Both the position numbers and the translations under genes were made by a program. From Paraphysomonas bandaiensis (taxonomy: Eukaryota; Protista; Chrysophyceae), in NCBI GenBank assembly GCA_965644295.1, contig CBFFRP010000238.1, forward strand, positions 62,001 through 126,000: DNA of 64,000 nucleotides, in the 5' to 3' direction. Of this stretch, positions 14,268 through 27,346 are shown one piece after another (the first letter of the stretch is position 1; every line of letters starts with the position of its first letter). Under the pieces are notes generated by a model. It was not told the DNA's origin. It was given only the letters and a program-made list of their open reading frames with translations, and did no database searches.

Positions 14268-14970
14268 ATACTATCAATAATAAAACTATTCACTCCTAAT
14301 TTAATTTAATAATGATTACAGTTTTTTTCAAAGGTGTCAATATTACTGTTGACACTCACGTTATTAAGATATATGACTCGTATTGGTTGCCGTGGCGATT
14401 GTATATGTATATATATGAGATGAGAGGCACAGTCTACACATACATGTATACGACAGCATACAGCAGTCTCATAGAGTGTGTAATACAGTATACTACAGTA
14501 CAGTGTTCTGTAAGTATATCTGTGTTATGTATTTTTAGTAATACAGTATTTTATAGTAGCAATACGTGTCACTGTATGGTTGTTCTCATAGTATGGTATA
14601 TACAGATATACCGTATGGACTATACAGCAGCCGTATACAGCTACAAGCCTGTGTATAATCCATCTATTCCATCATATCACTCTATTATACTATAGAACAC
14701 ACCATACTAAGTCTCATATCCATCTCTAAGCTACACTATTGACACTTTATCTCATCTGAAATCATTCTCTCTATTTCTTCATGATTACTTCTTAAATCAT
14801 CGCTTCATTGGGCCATTATATGACATGATATACAATATTATATAAGAACTTGTCAATATTCAGCCCATATCTATATACACCCCATATTAACACTCACTAT
14901 AAAGATAATCCTCATTAATATTTCACAGTATATCAATTGTAGGGATACTGTATTTAAAAAAAAAATAATT

Positions 14971-17001
14971 ATGGAAACTATAAAAAAATCAATGAAGAAA
15001 ACTTTTATTGATGTTGAGAAAAAGAGCAAACAGAGTAATAAAGAAAATAATTTCCCAGATTTTTCTCATGCTGCTCAATCTTTTCGTGATATTCCACAAA
15101 GTGATTTTCTTAATACACCGATAGCTGCTGTATCTGTGGTTGATAAAGGATCTGCATATGATGATTCGGTGATAAGAAGGGTATCTATGGGAGGCATGGC
15201 AAGCCTTGATGTCAGTGCATCTACACGTACAACACCACGACGACCATCAGACTCTAAATATTATTTATGTCCATCTAATACATTTGTTGCATCTAATGGG
15301 GAAGTATATCACGTGGATCCGTTTCAGTTACCACCACCTGCAGAGATTGCAAGTCTTTTTAACGAGAAGAATCAACAACGTGTCAATGCGAAGTATATGA
15401 AAGACGACTCCCTCTTATATCGCAGCAATACACTTCCCCCTGCATCCCCTCGTAACGTAAAAGATAATAATGGTTCTCCTAACAAGTACCCATCGTTGCC
15501 CGCGGAGTGGATGACATCTCCAGCTGTATCTGGTCCCGGGACTGGTACTTCAGACACTGAAGACGACAATGGTATGTTTGTATTCAGTAAATTTTCATGG
15601 AAGAAGTTTTTGCTGGCGGAAATTTTGGGTATTGGAGATCCCGGGCACTTGGAGCCCAATGCAGTTGAATACATTGATAATTTTTTGAATGTTCCGTTTC
15701 AACTTGAGAAGTTAATATTTTTTGGTGTGTTCGTGGCGTTGGACTCATTTTTGTATGTTATCACATATCTTCCCGTTCGCTTTATTTTAGCAACTCTGAT
15801 ACTGCTGGACGAGTGTATGCACTGGTTCATAGGGCTACGCCCTCTTGCTTACTTGTCGGGCACAGTATACCATTCTAATGCCGCCCCAACCAGTCCGAAG
15901 CGACGAACATTTGATTTCCCCACAACTCGACAGTATGACCTCATGAGAGGCTTGTTGCTTGTCATCGGGTGCTATGTTCTCCATTTGCTCAATATGTCTC
16001 GTGTATATCACTATATTCGTATGCAAAATACTATCAAGCTGTACGTACTGACTTCAATGATGGAAATTATCGACAAACTACTGTGTAGTTTTGGTATCGA
16101 TGCTCTAGACTCACTTTTTTGGAAAACACGCACGAGGGCAGGGAGCACAGCGATTATATTCTCTTTTTTTGTGACATGCGTTTATGTTGTTATTCACTGT
16201 GGACTGTACTTCACGCACCTGGCTACGCTTACAGTGGCCATCAATAATGTAGATCAATCTCTGACAACTGTCCTTATTTTGAATAATTTTGCCGAAATAA
16301 AGTCATTTGTTCTCAAAAAATTCGACCGAGAAAATCTTTTTCAGCTATCCTGCTCTGATATAACGGAGCGGTTTAAGATGACACTGTTCTACTGCCTAAT
16401 AATCGGGGTCGGAGTTGTTCAGGCGAACAATGTATGGGATGTCATCCCAATGTTTTCGGGTGTACTTGGGGCAATGGTTGCCTGTGAGATGTTTGTGGAC
16501 TGGATTAAGCACGCATTTATTGCCAAGTTCAACAAGATAGATGCCAGTTGTTATAAAGATTATGCTCGTATATTGCGAAGTGATATTCTAAACGGTCACA
16601 AGGATAAGATTACTCTGGATCATTCATACACTATCACCAAGCGACTAGGCATGTCACAAATTCCACTTGGTTGTGTTTTTTTCCGATTTATGTCTATTGC
16701 ATGGTCAGCCACAGGGATTTCCAGACACATTGTTAGATTTACTTCCTTTCAGTTAGTTTCAATTATAGTAGTATTGTGTATGCTTGTGGTTGGTTTCAAG
16801 GTAACACTTGGCATGTGCCTGATTTATTACACCGGACAGAAGAACAACAGAGAAAGACGAGAGGAAATTGAGCGTAAGCGTCGAGATGAATTAGCGTCGG
16901 AGACCTATGCCAAGAAAGTAGATGATGAGAAGAAAAAGTCCATTGATAAATTGAGCAATATCGAGAGGTATACGATGTTGAAGGGGCGAATAGAGGGGTA
17001 G
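14971..17001 (+). CDS. TAPT1: TAPT1/EMP65-family ER multi-pass membrane protein (DUF747)
   Basis: NFLNVPFQLEKLIFFG..LDSFLY, YHYIRMQNTIKLYV, DKLLCSFGID, NNFAEIKSFV.KKF, SDITERF, EMFVDWIKHAFI.KFN. Confidence 0.92.
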   Translation: METIKKSMKKTFIDVEKKSKQSNKENNFPDFSHAAQSFRDIPQSDFLNTPIAAVSVVDKGSAYDDSVIRRVSMGGMASLDVSASTRTTPRRPSDSKYYLCPSNTFVASNGEVYHVDPFQLPPPAEIASLFNEKNQQRVNAKYMKDDSLLYRSNTLPPASPRNVKDNNGSPNKYPSLPAEWMTSPAVSGPGTGTSDTEDDNGMFVFSKFSWKKFLLAEILGIGDPGHLEPNAVEYIDNFLNVPFQLEKLIFFGVFVALDSFLYVITYLPVRFILATLILLDECMHWFIGLRPLAYLSGTVYHSNAAPTSPKRRTFDFPTTRQYDLMRGLLLVIGCYVLHLLNMSRVYHYIRMQNTIKLYVLTSMMEIIDKLLCSFGIDALDSLFWKTRTRAGSTAIIFSFFVTCVYVVIHCGLYFTHLATLTVAINNVDQSLTTVLILNNFAEIKSFVLKKFDRENLFQLSCSDITERFKMTLFYCLIIGVGVVQANNVWDVIPMFSGVLGAMVACEMFVDWIKHAFIAKFNKIDASCYKDYARILRSDILNGHKDKITLDHSYTITKRLGMSQIPLGCVFFRFMSIAWSATGISRHIVRFTSFQLVSIIVVLCMLVVGFKVTLGMCLIYYTGQKNNRERREEIERKRRDELASETYAKKVDDEKKKSIDKLSNIERYTMLKGRIEG

Positions 17002-17607
17002 TGTTGAACATGACGGTGTAGGTAGCTGTCATGGAGGTGATTCGAATTGTGAAATATAACGTATCCGTTGAAAGTTGTAATAATTACATCAGTAATTGAC
17101 ATGAAATGAGTTATGTCTATTTTTAACTTCTGTGTTGCAATTGTTGGAATAGAAATAATATATCTCGTATTTCTGAAATCTATACACTACAATTACTACA
17201 CCACATATTCCAACGCAGTAATAACGGCGTAAGAAGAAATAGCAATGTATCTGCTATACCTTCCACATACAAAAATATCTGCAGCATTCTACATACTACT
17301 TTCTTAATGTAGACCTACGTATTTAGACAAGTATACGCGCAAGATTATCAGAGTGTTTTCTCCGAATTGCACAGCACAAAGTAATTATATTTATAAACAT
17401 AACTCACAAGTTCGTCAACATAGACACCGTATATTCATAGCACTACGCCGACCACTCACCCAACTTATGAACGTCATGCTTCATGTACTTGGAATACTTA
17501 ACACGGCAACATACACTCTGGAACAATATACACGTCATGCTTTAGAAACAAAGACGCATTCAGTATTCCAAATTAGTAACCACAAACTCATTTTACATCT
17601 AATATCT

Positions 17608-20218
17608 TTATGGTCTCACATCTGACCCTGATTTACTATCTTTCTCCTCACAATTAGGGAGTTTATTGAACTTTCGGGAGGATAATTTCGGCGAGGCAAC
17701 ATCTCGAGGGAGTGCCGTGGTATCAACTGCTTGTTCACACGAACCGTTTTGTGTACGAGGCGAATTTTCTCCTACAGATATGACAATCAAAAACTAGCCA
17801 ATGATTGGGCTGGGTGACTCACGTGTTTTCGCCGATGGAGTCCTCTGTCCGTTCTCTGAGAGTGCGAGTAAAAAATCTATGGTACAAACAATCACGCAAA
17901 TTTCCGTCAAAACATGATATACTGGTAACCTGCATAGGAGACTACTCCAGTGCCGTTTCTGTCAAACATATTGATTGCTCGATGAATCTGCTCTGCAACC
18001 ACTGGATCCAACTCTGATTTAGAAGCAAGGGTAAGCACAACATAATTCGTATTTCACAGTATCTGCAGACCTGGCGGGGATGGGGTAGCAGTCTGTGCCT
18101 TGCTGTAAAGCAATGGGGCAGATTTTGCCGAGAGAATCGGAATTACAGAAGACGACTTTTTGCGTATCTTAATATCGCTATTGGAGTGTTCACTCTCCCC
18201 GCTGGCACCAAACGACAATGCTACGGGCGCGCTTGTCATAGATGACCGACGGGGAGCAGTCATCATCGGCATGATATCTTTTAACATACTCGGTCTAAGA
18301 AATACAGTTTATACAGTGACAGCGACAATAAATATTTCAGATTCGTTACCTTCTCAGGATATTTCCCAGAGACATCGATCGTCCTCGTCCCCCAACACTA
18401 TGGTCGCTTGGATGGGGCCCATCATCCGCACTGTTATCGTCCGATTCTTCATTCGTGGGTACAATCTTTCCGGATTTATTTGACACCGCCGATTGTGGTT
18501 TCGAGGAGGGTGGAGAGGCTGAAGTAACTTTACCCAGCAGATTCTGTGAGGATGTCTGCGACATAATTACTGACCGCTTACGGGCAGCCGAGGTCACACT
18601 TAACACACGTTCCATGTCATTGAATGTAATATACCCTATGTTCAAAGCTTAGATTCCCAGCAATAAAACACATATCACTTGTACCTTTCTGATCTGTATC
18701 AAGAATTTGGAAAGCTGTATTGAGTGCTTGTATATCGAAGTCTCGAGGGTCCAATGTTGCTGCAAGGAATTCTGTAAAGGAAATTTGATTATCCCCATTC
18801 GCATCAACAGCCTTAAATATACAATCAATATCCTCTTCGGATAGCTTCTCAGTATCCCCGGTGTTAAATATATTACATGCCAACATCGCATTCCTGAACT
18901 CCTCTCGCGAAAGGGTCCCGTTCTTGTCCACATCGAAAGACTGAAAAAACGCCCTTCTGTCAGCAGTTTTGGTCTGCGGCATGTTATACGCTACAGCGAG
19001 CATACTCGTCTGATGAAGCACAGAGGCATCACTATGTCTCTTGAGATTCTTGAACGCCGTCTGAACCATGTTCGCATCCCCGGAAGAGTCAGACATGATA
19101 GACGTAGACGAAAACTTGCGCGCTCTGGCAACAGGGTCTGCAGGCTCATCCGTGCTATCAACATCATCAGCATCTCCAGAGTAGACCCCATCGTCATTCT
19201 CCAAAAACCATGGGTGTTCTAAAGCTTCCTGTGCACCCCAACGCTGCTTGTAGTCATGAGTTAGCATCTTTTGCGTAAAGTCCATGGCAGTCGAAGAAAC
19301 TCTCTTCCAGTCCTTGTGGCGGTAGTGATAGCGACCCATTAGAATATTTGCCATCACCGAACACTTCCCATCACTATCTTCTCCAGAAGCAGGATGCAGA
19401 ACTAGGGCTTCAAAAGGCTTCCTACCACTCAGCAAGGTAAAGGCCACCACCCCCGCACTCCATACGTCGCACCGTTCGTCATAGGACTCTCTAAGCACCT
19501 CAGGGGCAGTGGCGTAAAGGGTCCCACACCTGGTCTTCATAGGAGTTGCACCAATAAATCGCGTACCCAAACCGAAGTCAATCAGCTTTATCTGTGCATT
19601 CCACCCCGAATGCTCCCGCATTATATTTTGTAATTTTATATCGCGGTGGCATATTCCCCGGTTGTGCATATGAGCAATAGCGGAAAGGAGCTGTCGAATA
19701 ACAGATTTCGTCGTGGATTCGGGAAGCACTGCAGTGGGGTTGAACTGAATCCGCTCTAGCCAATGTCCTACATGTCCTCCCGTACAAAGTTCCATAACAA
19801 ATCCAACTTCATTAGGTGTATCATATACTGCAAACAGGCGAACAATATTCGGATGATCAATATCTTTCAACAACTTATACTCTCTCTCTATTCTATGCCT
19901 CTTCCCACTCTCTGTATTAACTAATTTAATCGCATATTCTACTTTAGATTCTCTATGAATTCCAGTGACTACTACACCATATGATCCTTTCCCTAATAAT
20001 GAATCCTCTTTAATTAAGTATGTTTCATCGATTGGTGTTGTAAATGTCATTACAAAATTTCCAGTTAGAGTATTGCGATGTTCTAATTTCCATTTTTTAC
20101 GTGATTCTTGAAGTTTATGCCTTTGAATAATTTGTCGATATTTTTTATAAGCAGCATATATAAGTATGATACCACCCACAGCAGAACATACTGCAATAAT
20201 AATGACAATAGAGGCCAT
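17608..20218 (-). CDS. Calcium-dependent protein kinase (CDPK-like) with N-terminal TM helix and four EF-hands; about 6 exons
   Basis: GKGSYG, YAIK, HRDIKLQN, DFG, CGTLYATAPE; junction segment; EF loops DVDKNGTLSREE, DANGDNQISFTE, DTDQKG/YITFND, DRNGTGVVSYA/D. Confidence 0.88.
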
Positions 20219-21000
20219 ATGAATGGATGTAGATGTTTCCTAGTGTGTATTTATATAGTCATGTATGTAAGATAATGAATAATAGAGTGGTTTAGTATAG
20301 AGGATCATTGTAGTGTTAATGTAGGAGAGTGTATCATGTTTAAGTGAATGATGTGAATGTTTCTATAAGGAAGTTAGTAAAATTTGGTTTGATGGTATCT
20401 GCAGATGTTCTAGTTTGCTTCTAAGGGTGTAACATACATACATACATAGTCTCGGTATATACGTAACAGGAGTGTATATACAGTCGTACGAAGCGAATGC
20501 TATTGTGTACCATATGTTCTTGTTAGTATACCATGTATACGACCCACCTACCCATCTACATACATGTACATATATACATACATACCCACCTACCCATCTA
20601 CATGCTGATATGTACATATATGTACATACACCCACCTATGTATATAGGAATTCCTAGATGATATGTATGTACATATACTATGTACTACACACCCATCCAC
20701 CTTCCTGTACCTACCTACCTACTGCTGTACATACATACGTACATATATATACAGTATACTGCTGTACATACATCATTATCGACGTGGACATATATGTACA
20801 TCTTTCTTTCGTTCTCTACACATGTATATAACCATGTCGTAGGTCATAGATTACTCTAATCATTAACAAGATCATAGGTCAGTATCATCTCATTCATCAC
20901 TCCATGTGACTTCATGACCCATGTGCTGATTGACCTCACCTGTAGCTTGCTATAACCAACATGGACATATACATACATACATATACTTATATACATACAC

Positions 21001-21933
21001 ATGACTGGATTATACGTATCAATTATAGTTGCTTCTATTGTATCAGTGTTATCTCAACATACATACATCTACTCCTCTAAATGTCTGAAGTTATTACAGA
21101 CTGACATTCAACTCACACAATTTCATCGTGCTAGAAATGAACTTAAACATATTGAATTACAGTGGAAAGATTTGAGTCGATCTCATTTTGTCGGGGGATT
21201 TCAGCGTATTTCTACACGGCCTCCTCACTCTTGTGTCTTCAATATTAGTAATGTTCCTGTATGGTATATTACCGTTTACAAAGGTGGTAATAACAACATA
21301 AGAAGTAATTTGAGGAAAAATATGGAGTCACCTCCTAGGTGGACCGCATTTTGTCCGTACCCAGATAATTCAAGCGTCTCGACTGCAGTTGAAACTATGG
21401 GATTTGTATACCAAACGGCCAAGTCCTTTACATTTGTCAGAGAACCTCTCAGCCATTTCCTCTCTGGTGCTCGGGAGGCCTACTATCGCAAGTTTCACTC
21501 AGCACACTCTGGTCGTGGTGGAATTCCCGTTAATCTTTTAGCAAATGAACACACAGTGAAACGTGTTATCTACGATATACTTAACGGTACAATAATGTCA
21601 TCTTTCTCCTCAGGAGCCATGCATATGTTCCCAATGGCTGCGATACTCTATCGATGGCGCCCAAATTTCATTGGGAGACTTGAAACTATGGAGCATGATT
21701 GGGTTCGGGTGAATGAGCTCTATCATCTCAATATGTCGTTTGATTCTCATGCAAGTGTTCATCAGTCCTCGACTGATGACTATAACTTGGCGAAAATGTT
21801 TTCTGTGGTTTTTGAAAGTAGTGATGGACCTTCCTACATAAGAGCTCTCTGTCATATATTTTTAGTTGACTATGAATGCTTTAATTTTTCTCTCCCTGAT
21901 GTATGTTTGGACATATCATTTTTACCAGTGTAA
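21001..21933 (+). CDS. Golgi type II carbohydrate sulfotransferase (Sulfotransfer_2-like)
   Basis: N-terminal signal anchor, 5'-PSB-like YITVYKGGNNNIR, 3'-PB FTFVREPLSHFLSG, FIGRLETMEHDW, C-terminal DYECFNF. Confidence 0.75.
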   Translation: MTGLYVSIIVASIVSVLSQHTYIYSSKCLKLLQTDIQLTQFHRARNELKHIELQWKDLSRSHFVGGFQRISTRPPHSCVFNISNVPVWYITVYKGGNNNIRSNLRKNMESPPRWTAFCPYPDNSSVSTAVETMGFVYQTAKSFTFVREPLSHFLSGAREAYYRKFHSAHSGRGGIPVNLLANEHTVKRVIYDILNGTIMSSFSSGAMHMFPMAAILYRWRPNFIGRLETMEHDWVRVNELYHLNMSFDSHASVHQSSTDDYNLAKMFSVVFESSDGPSYIRALCHIFLVDYECFNFSLPDVCLDISFLPV

Positions 21934-22333
21934 TGATATGTTAGTGATTAATTACATTCGATTATTTCTTCCTCAGTTGTATAAAACTAAATATACGAGA
22001 AGCTTTTCTCTATTAGAAAAAGAGCGTCTGTTGTTTGTACGAGACTTATACAGCTTGATCCTCTAGTAAGCAAGATCAATACAAAGTGTGTACCAGTGAG
22101 AACACACAACCAGAACAAATCGTTTTACAATAGTATACCCAATCGATAAAATTAATATTAAAACAATGTTATCTTGATCACATGACCTCACGGCAATACA
22201 AAATAATTCAGGTCGTTAGAGCTCAGAATGCTGCGATATCTAATTGATATTAAGTCATTCCAACATACATAAATCTCGCTGTTTAACATGCTATTGTCAA
22301 GTTAACCCAAGCAGAAACTTCTCGACGGCGTCA

Positions 22334-24248
22334 CTATGTGTACTTAGTACTGAGTTTATTTCGTAGACCATCGACATACATCCACTCGAGGGCACGTGCT
22401 GGGCTTAACAGCTTACAGTAATGAAACCCCGCAGAACACGGTATCTTCATCGTTTCTCCACAAGGATATGCATTCTCATTCTCACTGCCAAACCACACAC
22501 CCTGAACGGTTACTGTATTTGCTTCATCGTCCCGTTCAAATCTCAGAGGGTCCCATATCCAGCATGGACCAGCTTTGCATGTTCCTAGGTCTTCACCAAC
22601 AGTCAAGGCCTGTCCGTACTTCTCGTAGCGGGTACGAGTAGTGGATGGAAGTGTACTGAGAGCCCAGTCGATAGACGCCTGATTAATTTCAGCACACCTG
22701 TCTCCCGTCCCGCCAGCGGCAGCAGGTTTGTCAGTCTCAGTGAAGGACGCATTTAACACGCCTGCTGCCTCCCAGATAGCTTGTCGGCTTTTAAGCTTGG
22801 TTTTCAGCTCCCGAGCAGCAATAGGCAAGTAGCCCGTGTCGATCCACGGGACACTAAAGTGCAGCCGCCATATATCCACCTCTCCAGAGTTGTCGTAATT
22901 ATGCTGAGTCACGGTAGTGATATTTAACTCACAACCCACTGGAGTAGGACAGATTGGCGGCGTATTTCCGTCACCAGGGTTTGAGCTGTCCTCCCGATTT
23001 TCTCCCCCGTGAATATGTGGGAGGTGGCAGGAGGGATCTTCCTCTGTGACCAAATGAATTGAATCGGTAGCCACTACACTCAATCCTTCAACATCCACTT
23101 CGTCCAAACCTGCCATCACAACTTGTGAATGCTCACCAGTCCATTGAACACCACCTGTGCAGGAGGGTGTGGAAACACATGTTCCATACTGTAGCCCCCC
23201 GTACTCATCCTGTCAAAGCAATGAGCACCACAGAAATAATAACTGAGAAACAAGTTACGCACCTCCGTTTCACAGTAGCAAGGAGGAAGAAACTGTTGAT
23301 AACCCTCCATCAAAAGTGCATCAATCACAGGTTGTGTGAACTCGGTCGACTCCTGTACTCTACTACGCACAGTATTCACATAGTCAATGTTGTCCGGATA
23401 TATCAATGAGTTGAAAAATGCCGCGGCATCTCCAACCACACGCGAGTGCGCTTCTCCCTCCGATATCTCAGCCTGTAGATCGTTGTCTTTCACAAAAGTT
23501 GGAGGCTCCCCCGATGCGAACTGCATGTGGTTCATGCCTACAAACGGGTTGACAAAACCCCTAACAAATACAACGTATAACTAACCTTCAATCATTGTAA
23601 CCGGCATGTAGACAGCAGCTGTTTCGGGATCCTCGGAGAAAGTTATCTGAGTGTAAATGTTTTCGGCAATTCTTGTCATGCGACAGAGTCCGTCGAGCTC
23701 TCCGCCAATAGTTAACGTTGGCACGGGATATGACACCTGTGGACGACCCTCAGCTGTCACACCTGTTTTATATTTACGCGTCAAAAACGATCCCATTAAA
23801 ACCATGCCAGTAGCGGTCGTCGAAACTGTACTATTGACATAGTCCGGCATCATTGCCCCACCTAACGAGTGTCCACCATAGAAGAAGTAATTCGCATTCA
23901 TTCCCTCGGAAATCATCTTTTCATTAATACGATCAATTCCATTCGAAATAGCATTAGGAATTGCTGCGATATTATCAGGACACTGAGGGATACCAACCCA
24001 TAGAGGGAAATCCACAGCTTGTTGTAACTGTCCTAGTATATCAACATATTGTGAGGTCTCAATATCTGCACCTAATAAAACCATATGATATGTATTGATA
24101 TTGTTTGAATGAGTGTACCTTGTGCAAAGAATAAAACAGATGTAGGTCCATTCTTTGTAGATGGGGGCTGTAAGATGATATCATCCCATCCATAGACTAT
24201 ATGAGCTATTGATAGGGATAAATAGATCAATGAGGACTGGAATAACAT
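22334..24248 (-). CDS. Secreted alpha/beta hydrolase (multi-exon)
   Basis: Signal peptide MLFQSSLIYLSLSIAHIVYG from ATG 24248; GHSLGG nucleophile; LTIGGELDG acid; EG/MNHMQFA catalytic His; Cys-rich C-terminal half. Confidence 0.8.
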
Positions 24249-24756
24249 CACAAGACCTTTGATAGATAGAAAGTGTTATATAATAAAGTAGATTCTATAG
24301 TGTGGTTAGTAGATATATGTGTATATGTGTTGGATGTGGAGATGTATGTAAGTTGGATATGTATGTACTGTATGTATGTACTGTATGATATGATATCGTC
24401 ACTCTCTGTAGTTAGAACACACATACATCCCCTCCCTGCTGTATACTGGTATACGTATACATACATACCATACTCCTGTACTGTGAGAGAGTAAATAACC
24501 TGGTATTTTACATGTGAAAAGCACAGAAAATGTGAAATATAGGAATATTATATACACACCATCAATAAAATCTAGAGAAATACATATAATTCCTACAATA
24601 TTTTCTTATATAATATACAAAAATATGATATTTTTTAATAACAATTTAATTATGGAGGTCATCTTAATATACATACATATATCTACATTCATATGACAAT
24701 TATTTCAAAGCAAAGCTCATTTATTTCTATGTATTCATAGATCATATATAGATATA

Positions 24757-27346
24757 ATGGCACGTAAATCATGTATACTTACTAGTATAGCATTATTAGG
24801 TATCTTTATGTTTCTTAGTACATTATTTACAGTAGAAAACTATGGACATCATGAGTATCATTTCACACCCCGTAAAACATTAAATGATTTTACAAAACAT
24901 CTTTCATTAAATGATTCATTTACATTTAATCATAATTCTATACATGAATTACTTAATAAAACTAATTCTACATGGGATCCACATGGACAAGTACGTATCA
25001 CACTTGAACGTTTACGTAATCACAGTATGTCAGAGTTTTTTAAATCAGCTTTACATAGTAATTCACAACATGATACTATGAATTATGATTTATTGAATGT
25101 TTCATTTGAGTTTCCTGAGTTACCGTCATTTGAACAAATAAGAAACTCTACTGTGACGTTTCTCAAAGCAATAGAGGGGAGAATTGAAGGCGCGGTTGGT
25201 TATAATCACATTGATGGTGGCGATACCAGAAATAATTCTACTTCAGAAGATAACTTGGCTACATATACTAATCCTATTGACCCACCACCGTTGACTAAGC
25301 CGCCGCCTTCCAAACTGCAACAGTTGCTAGGGAATAGTCGTAGGGATCCATCTAATCAAGAGGTGGTTAGAACAGAGGGTATGTTACTTATCGAATTGTA
25401 AACTGTTGTAACATGGTATTGTAGACATGGGCAGGGATTCGAATGTGGAACGACGTGATCATGGTGAAAGTCGAAAGCAGAGTCAACATGCGGTGAATGA
25501 ACCAGGAACAATACCCTCCGCTTCTACATCTCCGCAACAATCGAAACTACAGAAATTACTTGGCCAAAAGCCAGTTCTAGATTCTGGAAGTGGTACTGGT
25601 AACCGTATGAGTACACCTCTTTCACCGACACCCAATGTGTCGTCAACGACTGGCTGGTCTAAGTTGCAGAAACTGCTCGGTCGTAAACACACAGAATTTC
25701 CAGATGCGGCTAGTGATCATAAGAGTACGACGAGGCAGCAAAATATGACATTACGAGCGATCCCTATTGAAGCGTCAATATCAGGGCAGTCAAAATATCA
25801 TAAACTTCTTAGCCATAACCACACAGCCGTTCCTGATTTATCGTATGACAACACCTCCCCTGATAACTCGATTGGGTTTAACTGTACGAAATCCTTCGAG
25901 CCAACATGTGATATGTTCCCTTATGTACGGTACTGGAAGAAAACTCTCAAAGCGGAGGATTGTCACAGATCTCCACTATATCGCTTGAAGCTGGAAAATA
26001 TGTCTGCATCCCCTCAAGGGGACCGTTACGTCGTTTTCCAGCCTGATTTGGGAGGTTGGAACAACATTAGAATGGCTGCGGAGACTGCCATGGTGTTTGC
26101 AATAGCGACTGGGAGAATACTTGTAATGCCTCCAGAGATAAACTTTTACCTGTTAGATAAAAACCCTCATGGCTTCAACAAGTCACTATTTGACAAATAT
26201 CTTAATTTGAGAAAGATTGTGGAACTCGTTGACATGATACCTATGAGGGAGTACATAAAGAGGCTAGTTAACTCTAAATTCCTAAATAGCACCACGGATA
26301 TTGATAAGTTTTCTAGGAATGGAAAGCATCTGTGGGCGTTCTTCGAGAAGAGCTGTTATACGAGAGATTACCATCCTGGTAGAATGTATTTCGGTTTCAA
26401 TATTACTAGGGATCCTGCCCATCGGTTCGGAACATTTAATCATGATGAGAGAATGAAAAAGCATGCGTCCCATAATAGACTCCTCGTAGAGTACAATAGA
26501 GAACTGGACAATCAGCCATGCATTTACTTTCCTGGAGACTACAGAGAACAGTATCGAATATTGACGCATTTTTATACTTATCTATTCTGGGCCGATCCGC
26601 ATGAGGAACATTTGTATAAGAGAATTGTCAGAGATAGGCTTCACTATCTTGACTCCATATTCTGCGGTGCAGGACAAGTAGTTAAACTTCTGTTGGCGGA
26701 GAGCCAAAAGATCATGAATAGCGAACATGGCATGTGTAATTCCGTATATGGACGACATAATCAGTCTCATTTAGCTTTGGAGAGCAATGTTGATGGTGTG
26801 TCATATAAGACTTGTCACGATAGAGTTACTCTGGGAGGCAACGTCAATGTGGGTCCCACTTATCACGCAATACATGTAAGAAGGGGAGATTTTCAGTACA
26901 CTAATACCAGACTTAGCGGAGAAAAGATATGGAACAATATAAAGCATTTGCTGAACAGCAGCGTTTCAAAAATTCTTTACATTGCTACCGATGAAAAGGA
27001 TACCTCATTTTTTGATTCTTTTAAAGAGGAATTTGAAGTTAGGTTTTTGAAAGACTACACCGCTAAGGCTAGGCTCAGAAAGGGAGAGTTCAATCAAAAT
27101 CATCTCGGAATGGTGGAGCAAATTATTTGTGCCAATGCACACACATTTGTTGGTACACCGTTGTCAACTTTTACGGGATACATAACGAGAATGAGAGGCT
27201 ACTATCGAGATGGGCGCTATTCGAACACGTATTACACGATGCCGAATACTATGTATCAGCTTCATACTCATCCAGAGTTAAAGGGGCCCTTCTGGGCAAG
27301 GGAATTTGCTCCTGGTCACAAAGATATTGATGATGATCATTTATAG
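24757..27346 (+). CDS. GDP-fucose O-fucosyltransferase (POFUT2/GT68-like), type II membrane protein, 2 exons
   Basis: TM anchor; GGWNNIRM, HVRRGDF, YIATDE, EQIICA, FVGTPLSTFTGYI. An intron at ~25379-25424 joins the two ORFs. Confidence 0.85.

Noticed and set aside
21001-27346. Glycan-modification cluster (sulfotransferase, secreted hydrolase, fucosyltransferase)
   Set aside because: Three adjacent secretory-pathway enzymes from large families; no evidence of a shared pathway without synteny or co-expression data.
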